DNA of 64,000 bases from Candidatus Sulfomarinibacteraceae bacterium (GTDB taxonomy: Bacteria > Acidobacteriota > Thermoanaerobaculia > Thermoanaerobaculales > Sulfomarinibacteraceae): NCBI GenBank assembly GCA_963796455.1, contig CAWCLO010000004.1, positions 192,001 through 256,000 of the forward strand, read 5' to 3'. Positions 51,293-62,051 of the stretch are shown piece after piece; position 1 is the stretch's first letter; each line of letters opens with the position of its first letter. The notes under the pieces were generated by a model that saw nothing but the letters and a program-made list of their open reading frames with translations, had not been told where the DNA came from and searched no databases. The translations under genes and the position numbers were made by a program.

Positions 51293-52066
51293 TTAGTGGA
51301 TGTTGATGTAGAACATCTCTTCGATTTTCGGTGTGTCTGACAAATCGGTTTCGATGGACACCCGAACCGATACATTATTGAGATCCGGGTCCTCTGCTTG
51401 CATCAGATCGAGCAGGAATTGGGTGTGGGCCTGGTAGTGGAGTTTCTCTCCGTCTTCGAGCTTGCGCACCCTCACCTCGAGTTCGGTCGTGTCCAGAGAG
51501 ACGTTTGTGATCTGAAAATCAAGGTTCGGCTCTCCAGAGATGAGAATGATCCTGCGCACAAAATCCCCTTGGTTCGGGTAACTACTTAGGGGGAGTTCGG
51601 GCCCCAGCAGAAGCAAAAGATCGGGAAGCGGCTCAACACGAAGGTTGAAATCGACTGATCGCGGGCTGCGAACTCCAACCCGAAACTGGAGACGCGCAGA
51701 GCCTGTCTCCCAGGGCACGACCCAATGCCGATACGTCTGGGTTTTCTCGGGCGGTTGGATTTCGATCCTGATTTTCTTCATCCCATTGGGTGGGATTTCT
51801 CCAGTCGGGTCGGGGACAGAAAAAAGGTCGCTTTGAAGACCCACGATCACCATCACTTCGTCCGATTCGTTTCTGACGGCGATCTCGGCCGCTTTGAATT
51901 TCCCGGCCCGGATCGAACCCAAGTCAAGAAACGGGTCTGGCACGGCCAACTCATACGATGCGTCCAGCACTATCGCCTGTTCGGCGCCGAGAGCGGGACC
52001 TATGAACGATGCAAAAAGCAATACCAGCCCGGCCCTGCGAACCAGCGATCCTTGTATACCCAACAT
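51293..52066 (-). CDS. Hypothetical secreted Ig-like (DUF1573-like) protein
   Basis: Signal peptide, DLGSI..VRNES..IPPNG pattern. Confidence 0.6.
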   Translation of the reverse strand: MLGIQGSLVRRAGLVLLFASFIGPALGAEQAIVLDASYELAVPDPFLDLGSIRAGKFKAAEIAVRNESDEVMVIVGLQSDLFSVPDPTGEIPPNGMKKIRIEIQPPEKTQTYRHWVVPWETGSARLQFRVGVRSPRSVDFNLRVEPLPDLLLLLGPELPLSSYPNQGDFVRRIILISGEPNLDFQITNVSLDTTELEVRVRKLEDGEKLHYQAHTQFLLDLMQAEDPDLNNVSVRVSIETDLSDTPKIEEMFYINIH

Positions 52067-52109
52067 TAATCCGTCTCCATTGGTTTTTGACCCCTCTCGC
52101 CTCATTTTC

Positions 52110-54097
52110 TCAGCCACGCTTCCTGACAATGAAGACAAGGACAGCAACGAAGGCAACGGCCAGGAGCGCCAGCAAGATGATCGGGCGGCCGCGCCATGGA
52201 AGGTCGAACTTCGTCTTTCCGTCAACCTCAAGGCCAGACGGATCTTCCCTGGTCGGATCAAAACGCCGGATAGCTTCTCCGACAGCGAAGGCGCCCCCAT
52301 TGCCATCACCCCAGACGGCCGATAGATCGCCGTCCTCCCTGGCATCAACTGGGGACCAGGACTCACCATCGAAATGGAAGATGTTCATTTTCGTATCGCG
52401 TCCGACAGCAATGACATCTGCCGGCCCATTCCCGCCGACGCTTGCGAGGTAGGGCGCATAGTCATCGGTCAATGGCATCAATGTCCAACTCGATCCGTCA
52501 AAGTGACCAATTCTCGCGCTGTGGCCGACGACAAAGACGTCATTCGCTCCACTGCCCCAGATACTCGTGGAGTACATCTGGTAGGGGTATTCCGGCAAGC
52601 ACATCTCCCCCCACTCGGTCCCATCCCAATGTTGGACGCACCAGTTTCCTCGGAGAATGTACACGTCATTCGGCCCGCTACCCCAAACTGATACAAAGTC
52701 GTGTTGGTCCCCGGCATCGAACTTGGTCCATGATGCCCCGTCATAATGCACGGCGGTTCCCTTGGCACCGACAACGTAAATGTCATCCGCAGCACTACCC
52801 CAAACCCCCTTGAGATCCTCTTTGGTGCCAATTTCAATCGGGGACCAATCGTCGCCGCCGAAATGCAGGACCGAGCCCGCGTTTCCAACGGCATAGATGT
52901 TGTCCGGACCGCTACCCATCCGTGGGTCAGGTTGATCCGAGGCCGCGGTCGGCGGTATCGAATTTCGCCTTTTTTTTGACGGTGCTCGCGATCAGCCTCC
53001 TGACCGTAGACGATGGCCCAGTTCTCGCCATCATAGTGCGCGATGAGTGCGTCTTGTTCGACGTACCCAAAAGCGTAAACATCGTCTGGCCCCGTCCCCC
53101 AAACAGAATTGAACTTGGCATTCCAGGCGACGACGTTCCTGCTGATCTCGTGCCACGCTGTCCCGTCAAAATGCATGATGATGCCTCGCTTCCCGACCGC
53201 GTAGACATCGCGTGGGCCGGCGCTCCAAACCTCACGAAAAATCCCGGAGCAGTCCGCGACTTTCACCCACTCCGATCCATTGAAGTGCAGTGTCCAAGAA
53301 TCAGAGTCTCTCATGTTTTGAACCTGAACGAAGGCATTATCTGGACCGGCTCCCCACATGTGGGTGGTCATCTGGCTGTGTGCGATTTTCGGCAACGGAA
53401 ACGGGGTCCAGCTTCGACCGTCGTAATGGAACATCGAGGAAAAGCTCGCCTCTCCTCGCACGATTTCCTCTGAAAAGAAACCCTCTTGCGATCGGCCCAA
53501 GACTCCTCCATACCCCCAAGCTTCGCGGGACATCATGGTCCATTCGGAACCGTCGAAATGTCGTACGGTTCCCCCTTCTCCAATCACATAGACATCTTTC
53601 CGACTCACTCCCCAGATCTTCGTGTTGCTCGGGCCGTCGATTTCAATTGACGACCAGGAGGCTCCGTCGAAATGGAGGATCGACCTTTCTGAAATGGCGT
53701 ATACGTCCTTTTTGCTGCTTCCCCACACGTCCAGCAGATGCTTCGTATCCGTGCTGACGTTTGCCCAATTTCGACCATCGAAGTGGAGGAGCGTGCCCTG
53801 TTGACCTACGACAAAAACGTCTTTCGGGCCACTACCCCAGACACCATTGAGCTTTTCCTTTGTCAGGCGATCGAGGACATTCCAGGATCCTCCATCGAAG
53901 TGGACGATGGTTCCAGCATTCCCGACGGCGTAAATGTCGGTGGGCCCGCTTCCCCAGATGTCGTGCAGCGTATGCCCTACAGGATATGGGTGCTGCCATT
54001 CCCATTGTTGTTCTGCGCCGACCTGCTGCCCCAGGCCGAGGGCAATCGTGAAAAGAACGATTGTGGTATTCAGTTGCCTCCCGACGGGTCCTTTCAT
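52110..54097 (-). CDS. Secreted beta-propeller repeat protein with a C-terminal membrane anchor (frameshift near 52917)
   Basis: About 12 WGSGPxDVYAVG..G.I.HFDG.W repeats spread across two ORFs; one G missing in GGATGGGTAGC; ends in a TM helix plus RKRG. Confidence 0.85.
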
Positions 54098-54488
54098 CGG
54101 CTACCCCCAAATCGTCAGCCCATTTCCATTGGGCGAATGGAATCAGGTTTTTCCTACGACTTCTCTGACAATTTCTCGTTTCTCGATTTCCACGTCGTCG
54201 AAACAACTCTATCTCATGTCCGGGAGTCAGGCCTCGCATGGAAACGGAGAATGAGGCCGTGAAAGCGGTGGCGGTCAGAAGGTTCTGACTCTTCTGAAGA
54301 TGGGCGGCACCAAAAGGTACTTCAGATTTCCAGCGAAAGTCTCCGGGTTCGACGGTACCCAGGAGTTCGATTGACCACGGCACCCATGTGCCTGATCCTG
54401 CGATGTTGTGCCCTTGCGGTGGCATCATTGAGTAGAGAGGACGGGATCATGATCCGTCGCAGTCAGGTCTGAGACCAAGGAAAAGGCA

Positions 54489-56354
54489 ATGACCCAACAG
54501 ACGCCCAAGCAACGCGCCGGTATTTCCTGCGCAGTAGTCCTGTGTTCAATGGTCCTTTTGATTCTCGCTGCGATGATGGTCTTCTGGGGATTTGTCGCCG
54601 ACATGAACGTGAATCTCATCACGACGGGTCTGGTTACCGCTTTCCTGGGCGCGTGGCTGTCGCTGCGTCCGCTGGTATTCGAGCGGGGCAAGAGGGTGCA
54701 CAAATCAGCCCTCAGCGCGAGTGTGGTGACCGGCATTTTCGCCCTGGTGTTGGTGGCGGCAGGCATCGCGTTGGTTGTCGCCATTGGTTGGGGCCGACCC
54801 TTTTTGAAAAAGGACCGCACGGCTTTTTCTCGCGAAGACAAGATGAAAATTTCGTTGAGCCCTCGGCCATCCGACGGCACGCAAGGAATCGATCCCGATA
54901 CGGAATTTCTCATCGAAATCGAGGGAGCACATTTTCGCGACGGGTTTTCCAGGTTGGGCCTGATGCTGGCCGACCACGGCAGGCAGTCCGTCGAGTCCAT
55001 CTGTCAAACCACCGACAAACACGGCCGCCAGATTCGTTGTCAGCCGCGAACTCCGCTTTTGTTTGACACCAGGTACAAGGCGAATTTCACGACGACAGCC
55101 TACGGCAAGAAAGGCCGTGCAGCGATCACCGTGAACGAGTCGTGGTCATTCACGACATCTTCCAGGTACGACGACCTCAGGGGGATTTTTCCAGCATTGA
55201 TTCGAATCATATCGCCGGCCGAGAACAAGGTGGTCATCGAAGGGAAGGCCGGCGCTCTGCCGGCCCACGCTGTCGCGAGTGGCTGGCAGGTGTACCTACG
55301 GGACCGCGGGTCCTTGCGACTTCAGCTGCCGGTTCGGGCCGACGGGAGTTTTGGAGACATCGTTACTTTTGTGCGGAAGGATCGCCTGAACGGTAGCCGA
55401 GGCTTCTACCTCGAAATCACCGGCGCCACGGGCGAACCCGTGGCCCGTCTCCCGTTAGGGCCGATGGTGTCCAGCGACGGACGGACGATCCACCTCGTGG
55501 GGCAGCGCCCGTTTCGATACCTCACCCCGGACGGGGCCATCGTGGTGTTCGACGGAGACGACCCCCAAGGCTATATCGGCTCCGTCTTGATTCAGAGGAT
55601 CGAAGATTCCTGCTCACACCTCCTTCCACCCGAACTCGGATGTGCTGGAACCTGGAAGATAACCCACAACGTGACCCAAAGCGGCCGGTTCCCCCCCGGC
55701 GGCGGGGTGAGGGCCGAGTTCGTTCGTCCCTCACCCGCCGTCGAGGTGCTCTACCCGGCACCGAATGGCGTTGAAGAGTCGCCACTCTTTCTCGACACGA
55801 CTCTCGGCAACATCATGATGAGGAATAGCGGAAGGCGAATGTTCATTCTCCACGGCATCGGCCGGTCGCTCGAAACAGGACTCGGCCGCTTCGTTTCGGT
55901 CCGCGAGGAATTCCCGGTCGCTGGTGGCGGCAAACTCAACGAGATCGATCCGTCCAGGATTTTCAACAGAGATCCCGACGGGACCCATCACCTCTTGTAC
56001 GCACGATCGAATACCGTCGCCCTGGTGGTTGGAGACTACAGTGGTGAAAATGGCGCGGGTAAGTGGCACGTGAGCTCTCACAGTCTGGTCGTCAGTCCGG
56101 ATTCCAGGCTCAACGTGGCTGCGCCCCTGCCAGTGTATGGAGCCTCGATCATCGCCCGAGAGGATCGCACTCTGGCGATCCTCCCAGTCATCGCCGAGCA
56201 ACCGTTTGATCTCCTCAGCATCGATCCCCTGACTGGATGGGTTGGTGGCAACGTGCACTTCGAAGGCGTCGACGAGAAGGTGGGGACCATCCAATTCGTG
56301 GGGGATCTTGATCGACTTCAGGCGGCGAAGATGGCAAAATCGCCGAGGAGATAG
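54489..56354 (+). CDS. Hypothetical membrane protein with an Ig-like (Big_5-type) domain
   Basis: 3 TM helices, then P.DGTQGIDP...P.TPLLFDTRY...WSFTT. Confidence 0.7.
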   Translation: MTQQTPKQRAGISCAVVLCSMVLLILAAMMVFWGFVADMNVNLITTGLVTAFLGAWLSLRPLVFERGKRVHKSALSASVVTGIFALVLVAAGIALVVAIGWGRPFLKKDRTAFSREDKMKISLSPRPSDGTQGIDPDTEFLIEIEGAHFRDGFSRLGLMLADHGRQSVESICQTTDKHGRQIRCQPRTPLLFDTRYKANFTTTAYGKKGRAAITVNESWSFTTSSRYDDLRGIFPALIRIISPAENKVVIEGKAGALPAHAVASGWQVYLRDRGSLRLQLPVRADGSFGDIVTFVRKDRLNGSRGFYLEITGATGEPVARLPLGPMVSSDGRTIHLVGQRPFRYLTPDGAIVVFDGDDPQGYIGSVLIQRIEDSCSHLLPPELGCAGTWKITHNVTQSGRFPPGGGVRAEFVRPSPAVEVLYPAPNGVEESPLFLDTTLGNIMMRNSGRRMFILHGIGRSLETGLGRFVSVREEFPVAGGGKLNEIDPSRIFNRDPDGTHHLLYARSNTVALVVGDYSGENGAGKWHVSSHSLVVSPDSRLNVAAPLPVYGASIIAREDRTLAILPVIAEQPFDLLSIDPLTGWVGGNVHFEGVDEKVGTIQFVGDLDRLQAAKMAKSPRR

Positions 56355-56423
56355 CTCCAAGTCGACGGTACTTGATTCATGGGTTTGCGATTTCCAATCC
56401 AATTCGACCTGAGAGGAAACCAG

Positions 56424-57533
56424 ATGAACACCCCGCGTTCTATCCGCATTTTGGTTGTCGGCACTTGCCTGGTAGCAACAATGGTGCTCATTGCGTGCGG
56501 CAAAGACGAGAGACTCGAGAGTGCGGCGGTGTTGTTGGACCTGGGAAAGACGGAAGAGGCGGCCAGTGTTTTGGACGCGGTGATTCATGATGATCCGAAG
56601 AACGCGGAAGCGCATGTAATGCTCGGTCGGGCATTCGCCGAAACGGGCGATCTCGATCAGGCTGACGAAGCATTCAACACAGCCATAGCGATCGGCGGAA
56701 AAACGACCGTGAAGTTGATCGACGAAGAGCTTCTTGATGCGTACAAATCAATCTTCGTGGAGCACTTCCCGTTTCAAGGAGAAGGGGAACTCGAACGGTA
56801 CAAAAATATCTGCGGGGCCCTTGCACTTTTGAACTCCAAGGACTCCAAGAGTGCGCTTGCCAACTGGCAGGCAGAACTCGACATCAATGAACCGTGGGAA
56901 ACCACGAGGCTCGAGACGCTGCGAGATCTCTCGAGGGTGTGGCTTCGTCTCGGGGACAACCAAACCGAAAGCCTCATGCAAAACATGGTCGTCAAGGCTG
57001 TTGAAACTTCGGAGAACCAAGAGCAAGCTCGCGAGGTGTTGAAAAGTTCGCTGGAGTATTTCAGGGAACCCGCCATCAAGGTTGAGATCGAGGAACTGTA
57101 TCGCTCCTACAAGACTGACTCGGATTTCGGTTTCGACACCGTGGCCCTCATGAAAACCCTTGGTATTGCGATTGAAGCGTACGCGGTGGATTGGGCGTTC
57201 TACCCAACCACAAGTGACGTATCAGAAACGGTTCCCCTCCTTTCACCAACCTACGTGAAGAGCGTGAGTGCCAATGATGGATGGGGGCAGAAATTTTTTG
57301 TGGCCTCGCAGTCCTATGCGTACGTCATCGTTTCTTCGGGCGCTGATGGCCGGTTCGAAATTGACTACTCCGATCTGGATCTTGGCAATGTCGGTTGGAC
57401 GAGGGGCGTCGGCACGGAAGTCAATCAGGTAGGATTTCCGCTACGCGGACCCGCCAACAACCTAGATAGCGACACCATATACATCAATGGAAACTTCTAC
57501 CGTTGGCCGGAGGAATTAATAGGTACCAAATAG
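56424..57533 (+). CDS. TPR lipoprotein with a C-terminal GspG/pseudopilin-like domain
   Basis: LIAC lipobox, TPR (DPKNAEAHVMLG), AIEAYAVD...YP...DGWG...SSGADG. Confidence 0.7.
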   Translation: MNTPRSIRILVVGTCLVATMVLIACGKDERLESAAVLLDLGKTEEAASVLDAVIHDDPKNAEAHVMLGRAFAETGDLDQADEAFNTAIAIGGKTTVKLIDEELLDAYKSIFVEHFPFQGEGELERYKNICGALALLNSKDSKSALANWQAELDINEPWETTRLETLRDLSRVWLRLGDNQTESLMQNMVVKAVETSENQEQAREVLKSSLEYFREPAIKVEIEELYRSYKTDSDFGFDTVALMKTLGIAIEAYAVDWAFYPTTSDVSETVPLLSPTYVKSVSANDGWGQKFFVASQSYAYVIVSSGADGRFEIDYSDLDLGNVGWTRGVGTEVNQVGFPLRGPANNLDSDTIYINGNFYRWPEELIGTK

Positions 57534-57559
57534 GTACCATATTCCACATTGTTGCATTT

Positions 57560-57590
57560 TCATCAGTGCCCATCAGTGCCCATCAGTGCC
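57560..57590. repeat. Decamer repeat (CATCAGTGCC), 3 copies
   Basis: Seen directly. Confidence 0.85.
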
Positions 57591-57815
57591 TGGTCTGACG
57601 ATTCCGACGATTTGAGCGGGAACTGAGAAATGGCACCAATACCGATATAACACCGATGCCGATAGTTTTACTCGCGCCCTTTGGTCGCGGTGACCAGCCG
57701 TCACCAGCGAGTGGCCGAACGCACAGGGCAGTATTGGCGCCAGTCTCACCGACCCTCCTCCGGTTATTTCGAGATACGATGGAGTGGACGGTTTCTGAGA
57801 TGACCCTGTAGTTCA

Positions 57816-59549
57816 ATGAGTCGAGGAGGACACGTGCGCTCTGTCATTGCCAAGCTCTGCGGTGTCGGCGTTGCGATCGTATCTGGGGGTTTGTTGTACT
57901 ACGCACTGCTCATCAACTCGTTGCCGCTGGACTCCGGGGAGATGCGGTGGTGGATCCCGGCCCTCAAGAAGGTGCTCTACGCTCCGACCCTTTGGATGAC
58001 GGGCCCAATCCACCAGGCACTCTATCTCTCGGGTACCTACTGGCCGATCCGGTGGCTGATGTTTGCCGAGATCGGGTTGCTGGCTGTTCTCTACGGGGTG
58101 TTGTTTCACCAGGCGATCATGGGCAAGCTGACTCCAACGAAGATCGCTGCGTGGTTCTCGCGGCGCAAGGTGCCGGTGGCGGCAGTTGCCGCCATCATGA
58201 TCGTCGGGTCGATCGCGGGCCGGGTCGCCACAGCGCAACAGGATTTTCGAAGGGAGGTATCGGCCGACGAGGACGCGCCCGGCGTAGTGTCACTCGTCGA
58301 AACTCGCGGCATTCAGGTGACAGTGCTCGACGCCAAAGAGATCGTTTTCCCGGAGGGTTCTGAACCCGCAGCGATCCTGAGAACCAAGGGTGAACCGGTC
58401 AGCGTTCTTCTGACCGGCAATGTCAAACGCGATGAGACCAACTTCATGTCTGCGACCGGGGACCTGACGATGCTGCGGTTGGATGGAGAGAAATGGGCCG
58501 TTCGAAAGGGTCTGGCCGGATTGCAGATGTCGCCGATGTCGAGCGACTTCCGTTCGCCGAGCGATCCGGCTTCGTCCGGGGTCATTTTTCTAAACATTGC
58601 TATAGGTAATCCGCAGCTGATGCTGCCATTCGACGATGAGGGTCAGCTGATCTCCTTCGCACCGTTTATCGATTCCGAAGCCGGGTTTGCGGCGGGCGAC
58701 TCGATCTGGGTGGTCGGCCTCGGTTTTGGCTGGGAGAGCTGGGACGGGCCATCGGTCGATCGGATTTCGGCCTATCAACACCCGAACTTCGCCACGCACT
58801 CACTCGGGGTGTTTCGGCTCGATCCGGCCACCGGCTCGATCGAACTCAAAGGGGTTTGCGACAACTTCACCGACCACAGCATCAACACCCTCGATGCGAC
58901 CCTGGACGACGAAGGCGTGATGCACGTGGTGGCGGCCGAAGTTCTGATTGCCAACGAAAACTCGATTCGAGTTCATTACCTGCGCTTCGACACCGCGGGC
59001 TCGAAGTGGCTTGGCGATGAGGTGATATGGAAATCGGACGTCTTCACTTCAACGGTAGACACGCTGATTCGCAGAAGCTCTCAGGGCATCGAGATGTTCT
59101 GGAATCTCTCTCGATCGCCGACTGTGGAGACGGGTGGCGTCTTTGGCTATCGCGCGGGCGATCCGCAGGCGTTCCAGCTCACCGACCGTGAGGACAGCTT
59201 CCTCGGGGTTCTCGCCGATCCCAGCCCGGGCATCGAGATGCTGGTGGGCCGAGTCGACCCGGGATTTCAGACCGACCGGACACCGGGGCTGACGCAACAG
59301 GAAAGCCTGATGAAGTCGTTGGAAGCGAACAGGGCGGCCCAGGAGTCGAACGAGACGACGGTCGAGTGGTACCTGAAACAGGGCGGCGGGTGGGCCAATG
59401 CGGGTACGACAACCGTGCCGGTGAAACTCTACGACACTGATTTCGGCCAGACCGGATTCTGGCTCTGGCCGGGCGCCGACGGCAAGATCCTTGCTGCTTT
59501 CAGAGCGCGCAGCTCGATGATCGTCCAAGAGCTGGTGATTGGGGAATAG
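57816..59549 (+). CDS. Hypothetical membrane-anchored beta-rich protein
   Basis: 3 N-terminal TM segments and a long beta-strand-rich domain. Confidence 0.7.
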   Translation: MSRGGHVRSVIAKLCGVGVAIVSGGLLYYALLINSLPLDSGEMRWWIPALKKVLYAPTLWMTGPIHQALYLSGTYWPIRWLMFAEIGLLAVLYGVLFHQAIMGKLTPTKIAAWFSRRKVPVAAVAAIMIVGSIAGRVATAQQDFRREVSADEDAPGVVSLVETRGIQVTVLDAKEIVFPEGSEPAAILRTKGEPVSVLLTGNVKRDETNFMSATGDLTMLRLDGEKWAVRKGLAGLQMSPMSSDFRSPSDPASSGVIFLNIAIGNPQLMLPFDDEGQLISFAPFIDSEAGFAAGDSIWVVGLGFGWESWDGPSVDRISAYQHPNFATHSLGVFRLDPATGSIELKGVCDNFTDHSINTLDATLDDEGVMHVVAAEVLIANENSIRVHYLRFDTAGSKWLGDEVIWKSDVFTSTVDTLIRRSSQGIEMFWNLSRSPTVETGGVFGYRAGDPQAFQLTDREDSFLGVLADPSPGIEMLVGRVDPGFQTDRTPGLTQQESLMKSLEANRAAQESNETTVEWYLKQGGGWANAGTTTVPVKLYDTDFGQTGFWLWPGADGKILAAFRARSSMIVQELVIGE

Positions 59550-59568
59550 CTGAGGGTGGAGATAATTC

Positions 59569-59711
59569 TGTACATTGTGTACAGATAAGAGCATGCCGTA
59601 GAGAGTCTCAACACGACTGAAGCTCACGAGGATCTCGCCGAGGTCATCAACCGCGTCAACTCCGCAAAGGACCGCGTGCGGATCGCCCATCGAGGCGAAG
59701 CATATCGCTGA
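59569..59711 (+). pseudogene. Phd/YefM antitoxin remnant with a TGTACA operator pair
   Basis: 59598-59711 translates VESLNTTEAHEDLAEVINRVNSAKDRVRIAHRGEAYR*; no in-frame start; TGTACA-TTG-TGTACA upstream. Confidence 0.7.
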
Positions 59712-59920
59712 GAGGTTCTTTCTTTAGCCGCTGTCCCGCGGCTGATGTGGCACCGTGACGGGCCACCACCAACGGGGACAATCCTAGACCTCAGCATTGC
59801 GAACGCGATGCCTATAGGTATCGGCACCGATACCTATACGCCATCACTCTCAGTCGCCGGAAGGCCGACCACAGGCATTTCAATATTTGTCGGGGCTGGG
59901 TTCCTGGCGGATAATGGACC

Positions 59921-61043
59921 ATGATCCAGGCTTCCAGATGGTCCAGGTGGCGCTTCGCCGTGCTCGCGATTGCGGCCATCGTGCCCCGCCTGCCGGCGGT
60001 TTCATCGGGCTTCGGCATCGAAGATCTTGCCTACCTTCAGTACGCTTCCGAACATTCGGGCCCGGGCGGTATTCTGTTGGCAGCGTGGCCATATGGATTC
60101 TACCGGCCCCTGGTGACACTCCATTTCGAGCTCCTCCAGCCGGTATTCGGCGAGTGGGCCGCGGGTTATCACCTGGCTTCGATTATTGTTCATGTGCTGG
60201 TGGTCTGGCTCGTCTACCTCTTGATCTCGAGGATCCTCAAGAACGCGAAGGCAGCTTTCCTGGCCGCGCTCGTTTTTGCGGTGCTGCCGAGCCAAACGGA
60301 GGCGATCGCCTGGGCGTGCAGCGTCGGTGATCTCTGGGCCGCCGCATTGGTGATCGTGTCGGTCCTGCTGGCGATCGCGGCTCCCGATCAGCGGCCCGAA
60401 AGGGCCCCTTGGTTCTGGGTTGGGGCCTTGCTGGCCGCTCTCGCCGCCTGCGGGGCGAAGGAGTCTGCCGTCGCCGTCGGTCTTGCGGCGCCTTTGGCGG
60501 CATGGCTCTTTGCCAAAGCGTCGTGCCCATTGGGCATGGCTGGCTTGCTTTCCCACGTTGATCATCACCTATGTTGCATGGTATGGAACCAGAACCGGGA
60601 ATGCAGGCGCGGCCCTCGGCCTCTTCGGTTGGCCGCACGATTGGTTGAAGCGTTTCTTCCAGGAGATCGGGATGATCCTGATACCGGCGGCCAAGGGACC
60701 GATCGGAGATCGGATCTGGTCCGATGCCACGCTGACCTGGCTGTGGACAGTCGGGGGGGTTGCGCTCGCCGGATGGCTCATCATCAACGCTTTTCGGAAA
60801 GGAGATCGAGCCATGATCTTTGGGTGGTGGTGGGCGGCGGTTTTCTTCTTTCCGTCGTGGAGACTGCCCTGGGCTGAACGGTATTCCTATCTGCCGAGCG
60901 TCGGTTTGATCCTGGTTGTGGCGGTACTCATCAACCGAGCGCCTGAAAAAAGATGGAAGACCTTGACGGCCTGCCTTCTCGCCATGGTGGCCCTGCTGGC
61001 GCTTGCCAGCGGCGTCGCTGCGGCGAATTGGGGATGGAACTGA
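59921..61043 (+). CDS. GT-C-like (PMT/TMTC-type) polytopic membrane glycosyltransferase (frameshift near 60515)
   Basis: ED, FYRPL, EAIAW, KESA, AERYSYLPSVG; one extra A in GCCAAAGCG. Confidence 0.72.
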
Positions 61044-61082
61044 GTTGCGCCGCAGGCTGAGATCGGCGTAGAGTCCGAGTCC

Positions 61083-62003
61083 ATGTCGTCGCCCAGTATT
61101 TTGCTCAAAACCGTGACCCTCGTCTTTTTGACCCTCGTCTGGGGCACGACGTGGGCGGCGATCACCGTTTCGCTCAGGTCCTTCCCGCCGTTTACCGGGG
61201 TGGCCCTCAGATTCGTGATCGCCGTGGCATTGCTTGCCCTCTATGCTGTCCTGCGGGGAATTCCCCTGTGGTCGACCAATCGATTGCACCGCCGACTGAC
61301 GCTGCTTCACGCCGGGCTGACGTTCTGCGTTTCTTATGGTGTGGTTTTCTGGGCAGAGCAGTGGGTGCCTTCAAGTCTGGCTTCGGTTCTCTTTGCGACC
61401 TTTCCTCTGTTGGTGGCGGTCCTCGCTCATTTCATGCTGCCCCGTGAGCGCATGACGATGCCTGTTGTCGCGGGCACCCTCGTCGGTTTTGCAGGAATCG
61501 CGGTGATTTTTGCGGAGGATTTCAATCTGCTTGGGGGCCGGCAGGTCCTGGTGGCGTCCGTTGTCATGCTTCTTTCACCACTCGCCGGGGCTTTCGTGAG
61601 CGTCTCGGTAAAACGCTGGGGCTCGGGTATGCATCCGGTGACCTTCAATACCGCCGCGATGGGATTGGCGGCGATGACCATGGGAATCGTGGCGGCGGTT
61701 GTTGAAGGTGATCGTACTCTGGTTGTGGAGCCGGGCCCGGTGGCCGCCCTGTTCTACATGGCCATTCTCGGAACCGCGATAACCTTTCCCATGTACTTCT
61801 GGCTGCTCGACCATATGGAGGCCCGGCAGGTTGCGCTCATCGGCTATGGCACGCCCGTGGTGGCGCTGATCCTCGGTGCCGTCTTTATGAATGAGCCCGT
61901 CACTCCTCGAACGCTTGTTGGGTCGGCGATGGTTGTTGTCGGTGTTGCGATGGCATCACACCTCCTGAAAGGGAAAACCCGACCGAAGAACCGAACACAA
62001 TGA
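61083..62003 (+). CDS. EamA/DMT family transporter
   Basis: VWGTTW, 10 TM helices, PVVALILG..NE. Confidence 0.93.
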   Translation: MSSPSILLKTVTLVFLTLVWGTTWAAITVSLRSFPPFTGVALRFVIAVALLALYAVLRGIPLWSTNRLHRRLTLLHAGLTFCVSYGVVFWAEQWVPSSLASVLFATFPLLVAVLAHFMLPRERMTMPVVAGTLVGFAGIAVIFAEDFNLLGGRQVLVASVVMLLSPLAGAFVSVSVKRWGSGMHPVTFNTAAMGLAAMTMGIVAAVVEGDRTLVVEPGPVAALFYMAILGTAITFPMYFWLLDHMEARQVALIGYGTPVVALILGAVFMNEPVTPRTLVGSAMVVVGVAMASHLLKGKTRPKNRTQ

Positions 62004-62051
62004 GGAGATCCGAATTGGCCGGAAAATGCATGTTGGTTGTACGATAGATGT

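Noticed and set aside
54489..59549. Integron cassette array
   Set aside because: The genes are co-oriented, but I found no attC-like RYYYAAC...GTTRRRY sites and no integrase.
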